DNA of 64,000 nt from Eledone cirrhosa (Eukaryota), in contig OZ024740.1 of the NCBI GenBank assembly GCA_964016885.1, positions 311,302,001 to 311,366,000 of the forward strand, in the 5' to 3' direction. The first letter of the stretch is position 1. Each line of letters starts with the position of its first letter. The position numbers and the translations under genes were made by a program. Under the pieces are notes generated by a model. It ran no database searches and was not told the origin of the DNA. It was given only the letters and a program-made list of their open reading frames with translations. Below, in pieces: positions 51,732 through 64,000 of the stretch.

Positions 51732-52970
51732 ATATGTGTGTGTGTGTATGTATATATTATGCGTATGTGTATGTGTCTTTATATCCGTGTTTTTGACATC
51801 TAGGTTTTATGTTTTGTTCCTTTTTTCTTCTCCCCCCTCTTTTTTTTACTTACTCATTTTTATGCGTGTGCATGCAAACAGGTCAATATGCGTGAGTGTA
51901 AGTATGTGTGTGTGTGTATGTACGTATCGAACGTATGGATGTGTAAGTGTGCGTGTGTATATAAGCATGTATATTTTTGCGTTTCTTTTGTGAGACATGC
52001 GTGTCTGTGTATGTATGTACCCTTTTTTTGTCTTCTTTTCTTTAATTTTTTCTTTCTAAAAATTTTTTCTTTCTAATTTATTGTTACATTCTTATAAATA
52101 TATCGAGATTGATACTTTCCTTTAATTATTATACTCCCTTACCTCTTTTACTTCCGCATCTAAGTGTACGTGTGTGTAGGTGTGTTTATGCGCGCGCCTT
52201 CATATTCATATACTTATGATGTATCTATTCTGTCTGTAGATTACAGACATACAGATATATTTGCCCTAAATTTTAGATTTACATACACTTTTTCACTATA
52301 CGTATACATATGTGCATACACATATATGCACATCTGTGAGCGTATATACATACATATACACACACCTAACTATATTTCTTGATAGATTTTTATATATATA
52401 TGTATATATAAGATATCTGCGTGAGTGTTCTAGCATCTCTATGCACACATGCAGGCACATGAACAGATAAAATATACTCTGTAATCATTCCATATGCATA
52501 TTAATACATATGGCCTTTGCACAGATACAACCAGATATCAATATATCAGCACAGAAACATCAAAACGTTAAAATATTTTCAACACACCCTAGGGCATCTC
52601 AGACCACAAAAAACCCAGTATGCTTCATATATTTACCACAGAAATCTATCCTTCCAATTTTCCAGACAATATATTGCCAAGTTCTTTAGAAGCAATCAGA
52701 ATCAAAAAGTAAATAAAAACCAAAAATTATTTAACAAAAATCATTTAAAGGATTTAGAAGACCCTGTGGTTCTACAGATGCTCTTATATTTAGTATAGAA
52801 ATTTATCTTGCGTAAAATTTATTTAATACATTGGGAGCATCTACATTTTAGAGTAGTTTAATTACATCATTTGTTTATATTTATGAAGAAGGTTTAAAAG
52901 AAAAAGTTGAAGGAATCGAAAGATTTATCGTCAGGTTTCATACATTAATTAAATTTCTTAATTAATTATA

Positions 52971-55169
52971 CTACATTTTAAATTTATATTTATATTTAAA
53001 CGTTGAGTTCAATCTATGTCTGCAGCAACTGAATAAATTGCTCCTTAGATTAAGGGAATTTTTGGATTTTAATATAAAGAATATCTCCTCCACACAGAGA
53101 TCACATGTCTCAGATGAGGAATTAAAAGGAATCCCTCTTGAGACAATATTCCAAAACATCGAATACCCAAAGTTATCACGTTTAAGTTGCCAGAGTAAGC
53201 TTGATAGTGAAGTTGAAGATTTTTTGTTTGGATCTGTGAAAGAATTCTTATGATTATTGAAGCGAAGTTTAAATTCTGTCGAGGTGGAACCAACATAGTT
53301 GAAAGAATTTAAGTTAGTTTTAACATTACAATTGTATATTATATTTTTAACTAAGCAATTGTTATTTAACGGACATTTAGATTTATTTCTACAGTTACAG
53401 TTGTTTAATTGAATATTGTTTGGGTTATTATTGGTATTTTTGGTTAGGTTTTAAATTCCTATTATTTATTCTGTTAATATTTTGTGCTAACTTTTTGGTG
53501 GACGAGTAAGTTAATTTTATAGTATGTCTATTAAAAATTGAGTGGTATTTATGTGTTCTAGGGAAGCGTTTGTCAAGAGCATTAAAGAATAGTTTAGCAA
53601 TGTGGGTTTTAATATTTAGTGAGAAAGGGGGGGGGGGCAAACCATATTATATTTCTAGTTCTATTTCTTTTCCGGCTTTTGGAATTATTGTAATGTTTTC
53701 TATTATAGTTGTTAATGTTGTTACCGTAATTAAAATTGTTATTATTTTGGTTAGTTTGCTTATTATTATCGATGTACTTAATTTTATCACTATATCCTGC
53801 TCTAGCTAACGCTTCATTGTAATACTGCGCTTTTTCGTCGAAAATATTTTTATTAGATGAAATTCTTGAGATTCGTTCTTGAACAAAGTTCACTATAGTA
53901 TTTTTAACAGATCTGGGGTGATTAGAGTTAAAATTGACATAATTCAAGTTTTCATTTAGTTTGTGAAATGGATAGTGAAGACATGTGTTGAGATTTAGTG
54001 TTACATCTAGGAAATTGACTATTCTATGGTTATTCTCTATTTCTATTTTTAGATTAAGGTAATTAAAAAATTGTATAATTTGTTTTCTTTTTCTATTTAG
54101 TTCAGAGTTATTATTTTCAATAAGTAAAAGCATGTCATCACGATATAATCCTCCGGTTACACCTGGTATTTTTCTATGCAGCGAATTAATTATAAATAGG
54201 CCCACAAGGTCCGTTACCTGAGCTGAGTCAGATGATCCCATAGTTATGTCGAAATTATTATCTCTATCTGCCCTAGTCCATAGTTGGTTATTAAATTCTA
54301 TCAATGTTTTCCTTGCCGATAATATAATGTGCATTTCATTGCTAGTTATGTATGTATGTTTGAATGCGTAATTTAGTGTCTTATTCAGTAGATTAGGGGT
54401 AATAGATGAATAGTAGTTAGCAATATCTAGTTGAATAAATTTATTATTATTGTTATATTTAACTTCTTTAAACCACTCAATAACCTCACCAGTCCCCTTC
54501 CATAACTTTAAGTAAGGTAAATTATGTAAGTTTTTAATTTGCTGTATCACCCTGTCTAGAATGTTTTTGCTAAGTTTACCCAAGTCAGATTTTGATGGTG
54601 CAATTTCTTTTGTGATCTTTCATATTGATCTTGGGTTTCCTAGGCATGAAGGGTTGTGTTTTGTTCTCAATGTCTAACTCATGCATTATACAAGATGCCT
54701 CAGCATTCATTTTTTCCAGTTCGTCCTTACTTGCTACCTTGTACTTTTTCCTTAGTTCTTTCAATATAAGGCCATTATACATGTCCTTTTGCACTCCATA
54801 AAGGTTGTTGGTTTTGTCCGATTTCACCAAGATCTTCTCTGTTCTCTCCAAGCCTTCAATATTATCCTTAATGCTTCTTAAATAGTCCTGGCCTTTGAAG
54901 TTTCTCTTGAATTTGATTCCTTGGATGATAGAAATTATATCGTTTTCAAAATCCATTAATAGTTTGTTGGGGGGTGGATTTTTTTTAGATTTGAAAACTT
55001 TATCTAAGTCTGAAACATTTTCATTTAGATTAGATTTATCAAAGTGGAAGGCACGCCACCTGATTCTTCTTATAAAAGAGTCTGATTTTTCTATTAATTG
55101 TTTAATAAAGTCTTTGTTCTTAGGTAAAGGTATGTCTTTTAGAGAAGAAGATATCTTAAAGAATTCCAT
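52971..55169 (-). pseudogene. Full-length Penelope-like (Hydra-like) RT + GIY-YIG ORF with ~3 frameshifts
   Basis: SLKDIPLP..RRIRWRA, VKSDKTNN, QLDIANYYSSI, FDITMGSSDSAQ, GGLYRDD, VNFLDVTL, SNHP, CNCRNKSKCPL..C, IIY..YVG..FKLRFNNH, CDLC, LN..CRH. Confidence 0.92.
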
Positions 55170-55350
55170 TTTTTCAGTTATAATATAAAGCGCTCAACAG
55201 TATTGGAGCAAAAATATATGCAAATGTTTTATTTAAAATTGTTGGGTTACAACAAGTAAATATTTTATAACTGATATAAAGCACTCGACAAGTTTTTGGA
55301 GTAGATATACGATATTAAACAAATGGAAACTATATTTATAAAACCATATT

Positions 55351-55416
55351 TATTTCATTATACATATTTCAGGGATACCATATTAAAAATATGGCATGCC
55401 TTCGTCAGATAAAATA
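55351..55416 (-). ncRNA. Minimal type I hammerhead ribozyme, sense to the PLE ORF
   Basis: Reverse complement reads TATTTTAT-CTGACGA-AGGCATGCCATAT..ATATGGTATCCCT-GAAA-TATGTA-TA^-ATGAAATA. Confidence 0.85.
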
Positions 55417-56005
55417 CAATATATAACCAGTTTTATAAATAATTTTGACGTACCATAAATATAGCGACCATTAGGTAGGAAGCTGGCTTGGTAGTGAAGT
55501 GTTTATAAATATTTAGTGTTAAGAAAGACGGAGAAAAAGAAGAAATGTATGTAAAGAAAAACAGAAAGAAATAGAGAGAAATAGGGGAGTGAGAAAGAGG
55601 GAGGAGGTAAAAAAGAGAGGCAACCGAAGGCAACAGATGAATAATAATAATTCATCATACAAATTGAGAGATTTAAGAGGAAGGGAGTACAGTAATTATT
55701 TAGTTATGGTGTTAAGCACAGTTAGAGAAGAGACGGAGAGAAAGAAAAAAAATGGAGATGAGGAGAAAACAGAAAGAGAGAGAGAGAGAGAGGGGGGGGG
55801 AGGAAAAGAAGGAGGGAGAAAAAATAATAATAATTATATAGGGGGAGGTGAAAATCAAGAGAGAAGTAAGAGAGAAACATGAGAGGCAAAGTCAAAACGA
55901 CAGATACATAAACTTCATCATATATAGAGATGGTCGCTATATTATATATAAAGATGGTCGCTATATTTATGGTACGTCAAAATTATTTATAAAACTTATA
56001 TATTG

Positions 56006-56071
56006 TATTTTATCTGACGAAGGCATGCCATATTTTTAATATGGTATCTCTGAAATATGTATAATGAAATA
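56006..56071 (+). ncRNA. Minimal type I hammerhead ribozyme (inverted copy)
   Basis: CTGACGA at 56014-56020, GAAA at 56052-56055, same stems as 55351-55416. Confidence 0.85.
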
Positions 56072-56199
56072 AATATGGTTTTATAAATATAGTTTCCATT
56101 TGTTTAATATCGTATATCTACTCCAAAAACTTGTCGAGTTCTTTATATCAGTTATAAAATATTTACTTGTTGTAACCCAACAATTTTAAATAAAACTTT

Positions 56200-56243
<44 letters not shown>

Positions 56244-56247
<4 letters not shown>

Positions 56248-56341
56248 AAAAGAGTCGGGTCTCCGACGGCGAAGCTTTGGATTTAGCTGTAGAAACGGTG
56301 CGTTGTGGCCTACCTGGTATCTTACCACATCCTCTTTGGTA
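56244..56341 (+). mobile_element. Internally deleted relative of the 10083/21734 fold-back family, in (TA)n
   Basis: Starts TAGGAAAAG..CCGACGGCGAAGCT and ends GGTGCGTTGTGGCCTACCTGGTATCTTACCAC, matching both ends of that family. Confidence 0.6.
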
Positions 56342-56565
56342 TATATATATATATATATATAAGTATGTAGATAAATCTACCAAAATAAACAGTAGTGTCC
56401 AATCCGTATGAAGAACTCAATGTAATCCAAATATAGAAGATATCATGAAAAGAGAAAATGCATTCAAAAATTAACGTTAAAAAATCATAGGAAAACAGAG
56501 TCAAGATAAATTAATAAAAACAATGAAATAAAAACAAAGAACAGGTTCCTTATATTGAAAAATTC

Positions 56566-56701
56566 ATCATTTTACGATCGTTTCTGGGATATATATGTCT
56601 GTTGGTATGTATATCATGTTAAAGATCTATGTAAAAAAAATTACAAATTATCAGAGGAGATATATAAACCTTCACCTATACATGCCATCTTCAGAAATGA
56701 T
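56566..56701 (-). ncRNA. Hammerhead ribozyme with ~103-nt stem II
   Basis: Reverse complement reads ATCATTT-CTGAAGA-TGGCATGTATA...TATATATCCCA-GAAA-CGATCG-TA^-AAATGAT. Confidence 0.75.
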
Positions 56702-57381
56702 TCCTCATTTCTGTTTATTATGTTTATTCTGTTCATTATGTTTATTGAAAGAAACAAAGTATTAATATAAAAGGTCTGTTTGGGAACAGGTTTTGAATTG
56801 ACCAATAGAAAAGAGTTAGAGGTCAAGTTGATAGAATAACAGTAGTAGAACTTGATGCTAGGTGTGAAGGAATGTAAATTTATGCTGGATGTTTAGATAG
56901 ATACACTGCTTTTTATAAAATTTTATCTATTCTATATATATTTTTTTATTTTTTACTTCTTTATTTATCACATTCATAAGAATTAATATAATTTTAACTC
57001 TGTAAGTATACCTATCAATTAATTTAATTTCCTTTATGTATCTAGGTTCCTTGAAATTTAAATAGGATTAGTATTTCTCAATAACACGCTCATCCCACAA
57101 ATTTCTTTCCCTTCGCTTTTAACAGCATTTTTTAATAACATCAAATTTTCTGGAACTCCTTCACTATCTCCTTGATTTGACCTCATTTTAATCCTTATCT
57201 TTCACTTCCCCATTGTATTCTTTTCATTCAAAGCATAAATTTACATTCCTCCACTCCTAGCATCAACTTCTACTACTGTTATTCTATCAACTTGATCTCT
57301 AACTTTTTCTATTGGACAATGCAAAACCTGTTCCCAAACAGACCTTTTATATTAATACTTTGTTTTTTTCAATAAACATAC

Positions 57382-57524
57382 TTCATCATTTCTGAAGATG
57401 GCATGTATAGGTGAAGGTATGTATATCTCCTCTGATAATTTGTAATATTCTCTTACATAGATCTTTAACATGATATACATACGAACACACATATATATCC
57501 CGGAAACGATCGTAAAATTATGAA
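57382..57524 (+). ncRNA. Hammerhead ribozyme with ~104-nt stem II (inverted copy)
   Basis: TTCATCATTT-CTGAAGA (57392-57398)...GAAA (57503-57506)-CGATCG-TA^-AAATTATGAA. Confidence 0.75.
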
Positions 57525-57599
57525 TTTTTCAATATAAGGAACCTGTTCTTTGTTTTTGTTTCACTGTTTTTATTAATTTATATATATATATATATATAT

Positions 57600-57632
<33 letters not shown>

Positions 57633-57703
57633 TATGTATATATATATATATACATACATATATATATGTATATATATATACATATATATATCTATATATA
57701 TAT

Positions 57704-57764
<61 letters not shown>

Positions 57765-57958
57765 GATAAATCTACCAAGAGTTTACGGTAGTGTCCAATC
57801 CGTATGAAGAACTCAATGTAATCCGGATATCATGGAAAGAAGAGATGCATTCAAAAATCACTTTCGGTGAAAGATAAACGGAATACAGAGTCAAGATAAA
57901 ATATTTAAAAAATAATGAATAAAACAATGAAACAGTTCCTTATATTAAACAAAAAAAG

Positions 57959-58111
57959 TTCATTATTTAACGATCGTTTCTAGGACATATATGTGTTAGA
58001 ATTGGCATGCATATTCAACAGATCTATGTACAAAATTATACAAAATTATACAAACTATCAAATTTAATATACATACCAATACATATATATGCCGTCTTCA
58101 GAAATAATGAA
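57959..58111 (-). ncRNA. Hammerhead ribozyme with ~114-nt stem II
   Basis: Reverse complement reads TTCATTATTT-CTGAAGA-CGGCATATAT...ATATATGTCCTA-GAAA-CGATCG-TT^-AAATAATGAA, a perfect 10-bp stem I. Confidence 0.75.
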
Positions 58112-58480
58112 ATATATTTATTGATAATAACAACAATTCAAAATTACAGGTCTGTTTGGGAACAGAGTTCAAATTGACCAATGAAATGCACAAAAAATAT
58201 ATCCAGAAAATACAGTTAGGTGTGTGTATATATGTAAGTAACTTCGTTCACAGATATGCATAAAAATATATGTTCACATGCATACGCATGTCGAAAAAAT
58301 GTATGTAAATACAAAAATTCAGGGCTAATGTCTCTGTATGTCCATAATCTACAGATAAAATACATATACGTATATAAACATATATACATTCATATATACA
58401 CACATAAACATACATTCACACACACACGCGTATATACGCATAAACATACACATAACCACGAACATACGCACACACACACA

Positions 58481-58533
<53 letters not shown>

Positions 58534-58666
58534 GTGTATATATTATTATCATAAGCATATGGACATTAAGGCGCGCACATAAGCACTGCCACATATATTT
58601 AGATCCAGATACAGAAAGTAGGTGGGGGGTCAGTATTTACATAAATAAAGAGATATACATACACTC

Positions 58667-58747
<81 letters not shown>

Positions 58748-58792
58748 TACACACATAAATATATATACACACACACACACATATACATACAC

Positions 58793-58849
<57 letters not shown>

Positions 58850-58919
58850 CATATATATAAAATAAAGAAATAAATAAATAAATAAATAAATACACACAGT
58901 CAGACAATTATGCACACAA

Positions 58920-58950
<31 letters not shown>

Positions 58951-59084
58951 CACACATCAACTACAAATATATATATATATATATACTCACATATACATGC
59001 ACACATACGCATATATATGCATACACACACATACACATAGACATATATACATACATATATATACACATACATATATACATATAT

Positions 59085-59135
<51 letters not shown>

Positions 59136-59299
59136 ATCATACACCCTTATTTACATGCGCACATATGTATTTTTATACTCACATACAAGCACCCAACCAT
59201 ACATACCTACCTACATATACATACGTACATCCACGCTTACAAATACAAATAATTATAGGGGGGGGGAGGGGATTATAGTAAATATAGGTTTCAAGGAAC

Positions 59300-59768
59300 A
59301 TAGAATATTAAATTGCATCTAGATCATAATATGTGTTTACATAGTAGTTTCAGTATTAGGAAATGTAAGAAAGAAAGCAAAATTATGCATTTTAATATAA
59401 GTAGACTATTCATTATAGGTTAACTAAGTTAAAAATAGTTAATATATTGATTTCTAAGGTGTATACTACTTAGGTTTATAATCTTTGAAGCGGAATTTTG
59501 AAGTTAAACAGTAGTAGAGTATTAATTATAGCATAACTAAATTAAAAATATTAACATTATGGTATCAATATTAGGAAATGAATTTAGTAATAGGGAAAAA
59601 AACCAAATCAAGTATTTCATCGGTAGTAGAATATAAATTATAGGTTAACTAAATTAAAAATTATATATTAATTTCTATAGTATATGTTAATTAGGTTTAT
59701 AATAATTAAAACAGATTTTGTATTTTATCTATAGTAAAATATAATTATAGGTTAACAAAAAATAAAAA

Positions 59769-59850
<82 letters not shown>

Positions 59851-60365
59851 ATTGTAAAGAATATATTAATTAGGTATATATTTAAAATTTTTCTCAGTTT
59901 ATGATTACATGATATTCTGCAATCCATCTGTATTAGAATTTTAATTTTAAGCTAATTAAAATAAAATTTTAGGTTAACTAAATTAAAATTAAATTATAAA
60001 TATATTTCCAAATTATACATTAATTAGGTTTATAATATTAAAAAATATTTCTCTGTCATTGATTACACGCTATTTTGTTATATTTCATCTGTAAAGGAAT
60101 TTTAATAAAAGGTTAAATAAACTAAAATTAATCTATAAATTAATTTACAAAGTATATATTAATTATGTTAATAATATTTAAAAGTTTTTCACAATTTATG
60201 ATTACAGAATATTTTATAATCTCAACTGTAGTAGAATTTTAATTAAATTAAATTTATAGGTTAACTAACATTTAAATTAAATTATATATTAATTTCTAAA
60301 ATTATATTATTAATTAGGTTTATAATATTTAAAAGTTTTTCTTAGTTTATGATTACACGATATAA
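59300..60365 (-). repeat. Degenerate ~110-155-bp tandem array derived from the PLE ORF 3' end
   Basis: TAATTAGGTTTATAATATTTAAAAGTTTTTC..TTATGATTACA at 60311 recurs at ~60160, 60021 and 59867, and more decayed at ~59688 and ~59470. Confidence 0.8.
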
Positions 60366-62329
60366 TTAATTCCTGTCGCTTATTTAATAGGATATCCTTA
60401 GATTTCATTATTTCAAATAGTTCTTGGGAACATAATCTACATTCATTTCTATTATTTTGATAAGGGGTGGCTCTTTTGAGTACACTCCAGGTCATATCAT
60501 ATTCTATATTCTTATTTTTATAACTATTGATTTTTTCTGCTAGAGATGTTGTATTAGCTAGTGCGGCATTTTTAAAACTATGTTTGTGGGTATTAAACCT
60601 TACCTTAAAATTGTTAGAAGTAGCTCCTATATATGAGCAAATAGAATCTTTAGTTTTAACATTACATTTATAAACTATGTTGTTAACAAGACAATTTCCT
60701 TTCAATGGGCAGTTTGCTTTGTTTCTACAGTTACAACCTTTCGTTAATTCTGTATTTGAGGAGATATTATGGTTAGTTTGATGTATTGGTGGTATACTTA
60801 TGGTATTCTTACATTTATATGCATTATAGGCACTTATATTTTGTTTTATGTTTTTGGTTGTTGAGTATGAGAATTTAACTGTTGACCTATTTAAGATTTG
60901 ATGGTATTTGTGGTTTGGCGGGAAGTTTTTCTCTAGGATATAAAAAAAATTTTTAGCAATATTATCCTTAATTTGTAAATTAAATGGAGCATTATACCAA
61001 GTAACTCGTCTATTACGGTTAATATGTTGTTTATTATTTTTATAGGTTGTATCGTGATGTTTACTAGGGGGATTAATGTTAATAATCTCACCACGCACAT
61101 TTTTAGTTAGATTTATAGATTTAGGTGTTTTATCTTGTTTATTAGGAGTTTTATTATTAACATTTATTAGAGTTGTATGATGAGTAGTTTTTTGAGAGTT
61201 ACTATACTTTATATTAGAGGAGTTGTTGGTATTTTGGGGTATAGTGTGGGTGGCATTTAGGTGTGTACTTTTCATTTGGTGTTTGTTGGTAATATTAGGT
61301 TGTATGTTTATAGTATTTTTAGTAGAAGGTATATATTCTAATCTATTTTTGTGGCCACTTCTATCTAGAGCTTCGTTATAGAAGGTCGCATTTTTATCAA
61401 ATACATCTTGGTTAGACGAAAGGTTAGAAATTCTAAGTGATATATTATATGCAAGGTTTTTAAGGATAGATTTAGGGTGATTAGATTGTGAGTGTATGTA
61501 GTGTAAGTTTTGGTTGGGTTTATGGTAAGGTTGGTAGATACCCGTAGCTAAGTCTAAAGTTATATCTAGGAAATTAACTACTTTACTTGTGTTTTCAAAA
61601 GTAATATGAAGACTATAATAGTCTTTAAGGAAAGTTCTAATAAGCTTTTTGTTTTTTTCTATTTCTGAAAGGCTAAGGTTGTTGGAAAGAAGAAGACAGT
61701 CATCACGATATAAACCACCTTTAAGGTGGGGAAAGGAAGCATTTATGTTGAAAAGGAGAAAGAGGCCCACAAGATCAGTAATTTGGGCGGAATCGCTTGA
61801 ACCCATAGTAATATCAAATAGATTACTATATGTGTTTCTGGTCCAGTATTCATTCTGAAATTCAATAAGTGTTAGTCTAGCATGTGTAATAATATTAATG
61901 TCATCCAAAGTTAAGTTAGATCTATTTTTAGCAAATATCAAAGCTTTGTTCAGGAGTATAGGTGATATAGAAGAATAGTAATTATCTATATCAAATTGTA
62001 GAAAAGAAGCAGAAGATTTACATCTAATATTTTTAAACCAGTTAATTACCTGGGAAGTGTTTTCCCAGAGTGGTAAATTAACGTGTTTTCTTATTTGTGG
62101 GATGACTCTATCCAAAATTTTTTTGCTAATTATTCCAATATCAGATTTGGAGGGACATATAAGTCTTATAGAAAGATTTGAGTTAAAGTTTGATTTATGA
62201 TCCTTCAGGTTGAAGTGTGGTCTTTTCAATGCCAAAGGTTCAGTTCTATCTTCAATGTTTAGTTTTTTTACTATGTTGTGTGTTTTGTTGTTGATGTTGG
62301 TGAGTGACGCATTATTAGATTTTTTATAA
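60310..62329 (-). CDS. Penelope-like RT + GIY-YIG endonuclease, open frame but 5'-truncated
   Basis: 641-aa ORF-track entry (frame open back to the palindrome centre): QFDIDNYYSSI, FDITMGSSDSAQ, GGLYRDD, SNHP, CNCRNKANCPLKGNC, IVY..YIG..FKVRFNTH, CRLC, LNKR..CNH. Confidence 0.92.
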
Positions 62330-62331
62330 AA

Positions 62332-64000
62332 TTATAAAAAATCTAATAATGCGTCACTCACCAACATCAACAACAAAACACACAACATAGTAAAAAAACT
62401 AAACATTGAAGATAGAACTGAACCTTTGGCATTGAAAAGACCACACTTCAACCTGAAGGATCATAAATCAAACTTTAACTCAAATCCTTCTATAAGACTT
62501 ATATGTCCCTCCAAATCTGATATTGGAATAATTAGCAAAAAAATTTTGGATAGAGTCATCCCACAAATAAGAAAACACGTTAATTTACCACTCTGGGAAA
62601 ACACTTCCCAGGTAATTAACTGGTTTAAAAATATTAGATGTAAATCTTCTGCTTCTTTTCTACAATTTGATATAGATAATTACTATTCTTCTATATCACC
62701 TATACTCCTGAACAAAGCTTTGATATTTGCTAAAAATAGATCTAACTTAACTTTGGATGACATTAATATTATTACACATGCTAGACTAACACTTATTGAA
62801 TTTCAGAATGAATACTGGACCAGAAACACATATAGTAATCTATTTGATATTACTATGGGTTCAAGCGATTCCGCCCAAATTACTGATCTTGTGGGCCTCT
62901 TTCTTCTTTTCAACATAAATGCTTCCTTTCCCCACCTTAAAGGTGGTTTATATCGTGATGACTGTCTTCTTCTTTCCAACAACCTTAGCCTTTCAGAAAT
63001 AGAAAAAAACAAAAAGCTTATTAGAACTTTCCTTAAAGACTATTATAGTCTTCATATTACTTTTGAAAACACAAGTAAAGTAGTTAATTTCCTAGATATA
63101 ACTTTAGACTTAGCTACGGGTATCTACCAACCTTACCATAAACCCAACCAAAACTTACACTACATACACTCACAATCTAATCACCCTAAATCTATCCTTA
63201 AAAACCTTGCATATAATATATCACTTAGAATTTCTAACCTTTCGTCTAACCAAGATGTATTTGATAAAAATGCGACCTTCTATAACGAAGCTCTAGATAG
63301 AAGTGGCCACAAAAATAGATTAGAATATATACCTTCTACTAAAAATACTATAAACATACAACCTAATATTACCAACAAACACCAAATGAAAAGTACACAC
63401 CTAAATGCCACCCACACTATACCCCAAAATACCAACAACTCCTCTAATATAAAGTATAGTAACTCTCAAAAAACTACTCATCATACAACTCTAATAAATG
63501 TTAATAATAAAACTCCTAATAAACAAGATAAAACACCTAAATCTATAAATCTAACTAAAAATGTGCGTGGTGAGATCATTAACATTAATCCCCCTAGTAA
63601 ACATCACGATACAACCTATAAAAATAATAAACAACATATTAACCGTAATAGACGAGTTACTTGGTATAATGCTCCATTTAATTTACAAATTAAGGATAAT
63701 ATTGCTAAAAAATTTTTTTATATCCTAGAGAAAAACTTCCCGCCAAACCACAAATACCATCAAATCTTAAATAGGTCAACAGTTAAATTCTCATACTCAA
63801 CAACCAAAAACATAAAACAAAATATAAGTGCCTATAATGCATATAAATGTAAGAATACCATAAGTATACCACCAATACATCAAACTAACCATAATATCTC
63901 CTCAAATACAGAATTAACGAAAGGTTGTAACTGTAGAAACAAAGCAAACTGCCCATTGAAAGGAAATTGTCTTGTTAACAACATAGTTTATAAATGTAAT
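62332..64000 (+). CDS. Mirror copy of the PLE ORF, running off the window end
   Basis: Reverse complement of 60661-62329 with about four substitutions seen. Absent from the ORF track, apparently because no stop is reached in the window. Confidence 0.92.

Larger units (their letters stand above)
55214..56208. mobile_element. 5' pseudo-LTR of the PLE plus inverted copy (~255-bp arms, ~480-bp purine-rich spacer), ending in (TA)n
   Basis: 55214-55471 is the inverse of 55954-56208. A small junction duplication of GATGGTCGCTATATT occurs at 55929 and 55953. Confidence 0.9.
56364..57581 (-). mobile_element. Non-autonomous PLE pLTR fold-back, same family as 57761-58190, in (TA)n
   Basis: Arms ~56506-56886 and ~57232-57581, with a ~140-nt tail at 56364-56505. 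Confidence 0.85.
57761..62329 (-). mobile_element. 5'-truncated AT-rich Penelope-like element: ORF, tandem 3' repeats, microsatellite-like UTR, terminal HHR pLTR
   Basis: ORF 60310-62329, then 59300-60310 repeats, then 58220-59240 TG/TA-like tract, then HHR 57959-58111, then (TA)n. Same layout as 3361-7253. Confidence 0.75.

Noticed and set aside
52920-52945. Minus-strand HHR at the 3' end of the 52971 PLE (TCGTCAG)
   Set aside because: The GAAA equivalent lies on the wrong side, so no valid topology exists.
52971-62329. Selenocysteine recoding or permuted (N-terminal endonuclease, Naiad-type) PLE organisation
   Set aside because: The endonuclease is C-terminal, and the disruptions are frameshifts rather than conserved in-frame TGA codons.

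Overview
This is eukaryotic, AT-rich, microsatellite-saturated DNA. The SINE families and (TA)/(CA) density point to an animal, probably an octopod cephalopod (inference). No intact host gene is visible, and most ORF-track entries are microsatellite artefacts. Mobile elements dominate: (1) three Penelope-like retroelements (PLEs; RT with YRDD in the two that retain it, CxCx5C linker, C-terminal GIY-YIG, resembling the Hydra clade), one forming a >3.3-kb near-perfect palindrome at the right edge; (2) twelve complete or near-complete type I hammerhead ribozyme (HHR) motifs plus several half or decayed ones, from about seven sequence-unrelated small element families, almost all in (TA)n and arranged as fold-back inverted pairs; (3) three Tx1-clade LINEs stacked in a (GATA)n tract; (4) an Academ-like transposase pseudogene; (5) a compact cassette with a spliced SGNH-hydrolase pseudogene; (6) RTE and CR1-like fragments, SINEs and MITEs. 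The most striking observation is a shared bulged hairpin, (A/G)CTC-stem-loop-stem-YY-GAG(T/C), downstream of the HHR in otherwise unrelated families. In seven of seven testable fold-back insertions the inverted copy ends 3-11 nt upstream of it, suggesting an undescribed cis-acting RNA signal for PLE reverse-transcription initiation. Coordinates were read by eye and may be off by a few bases.
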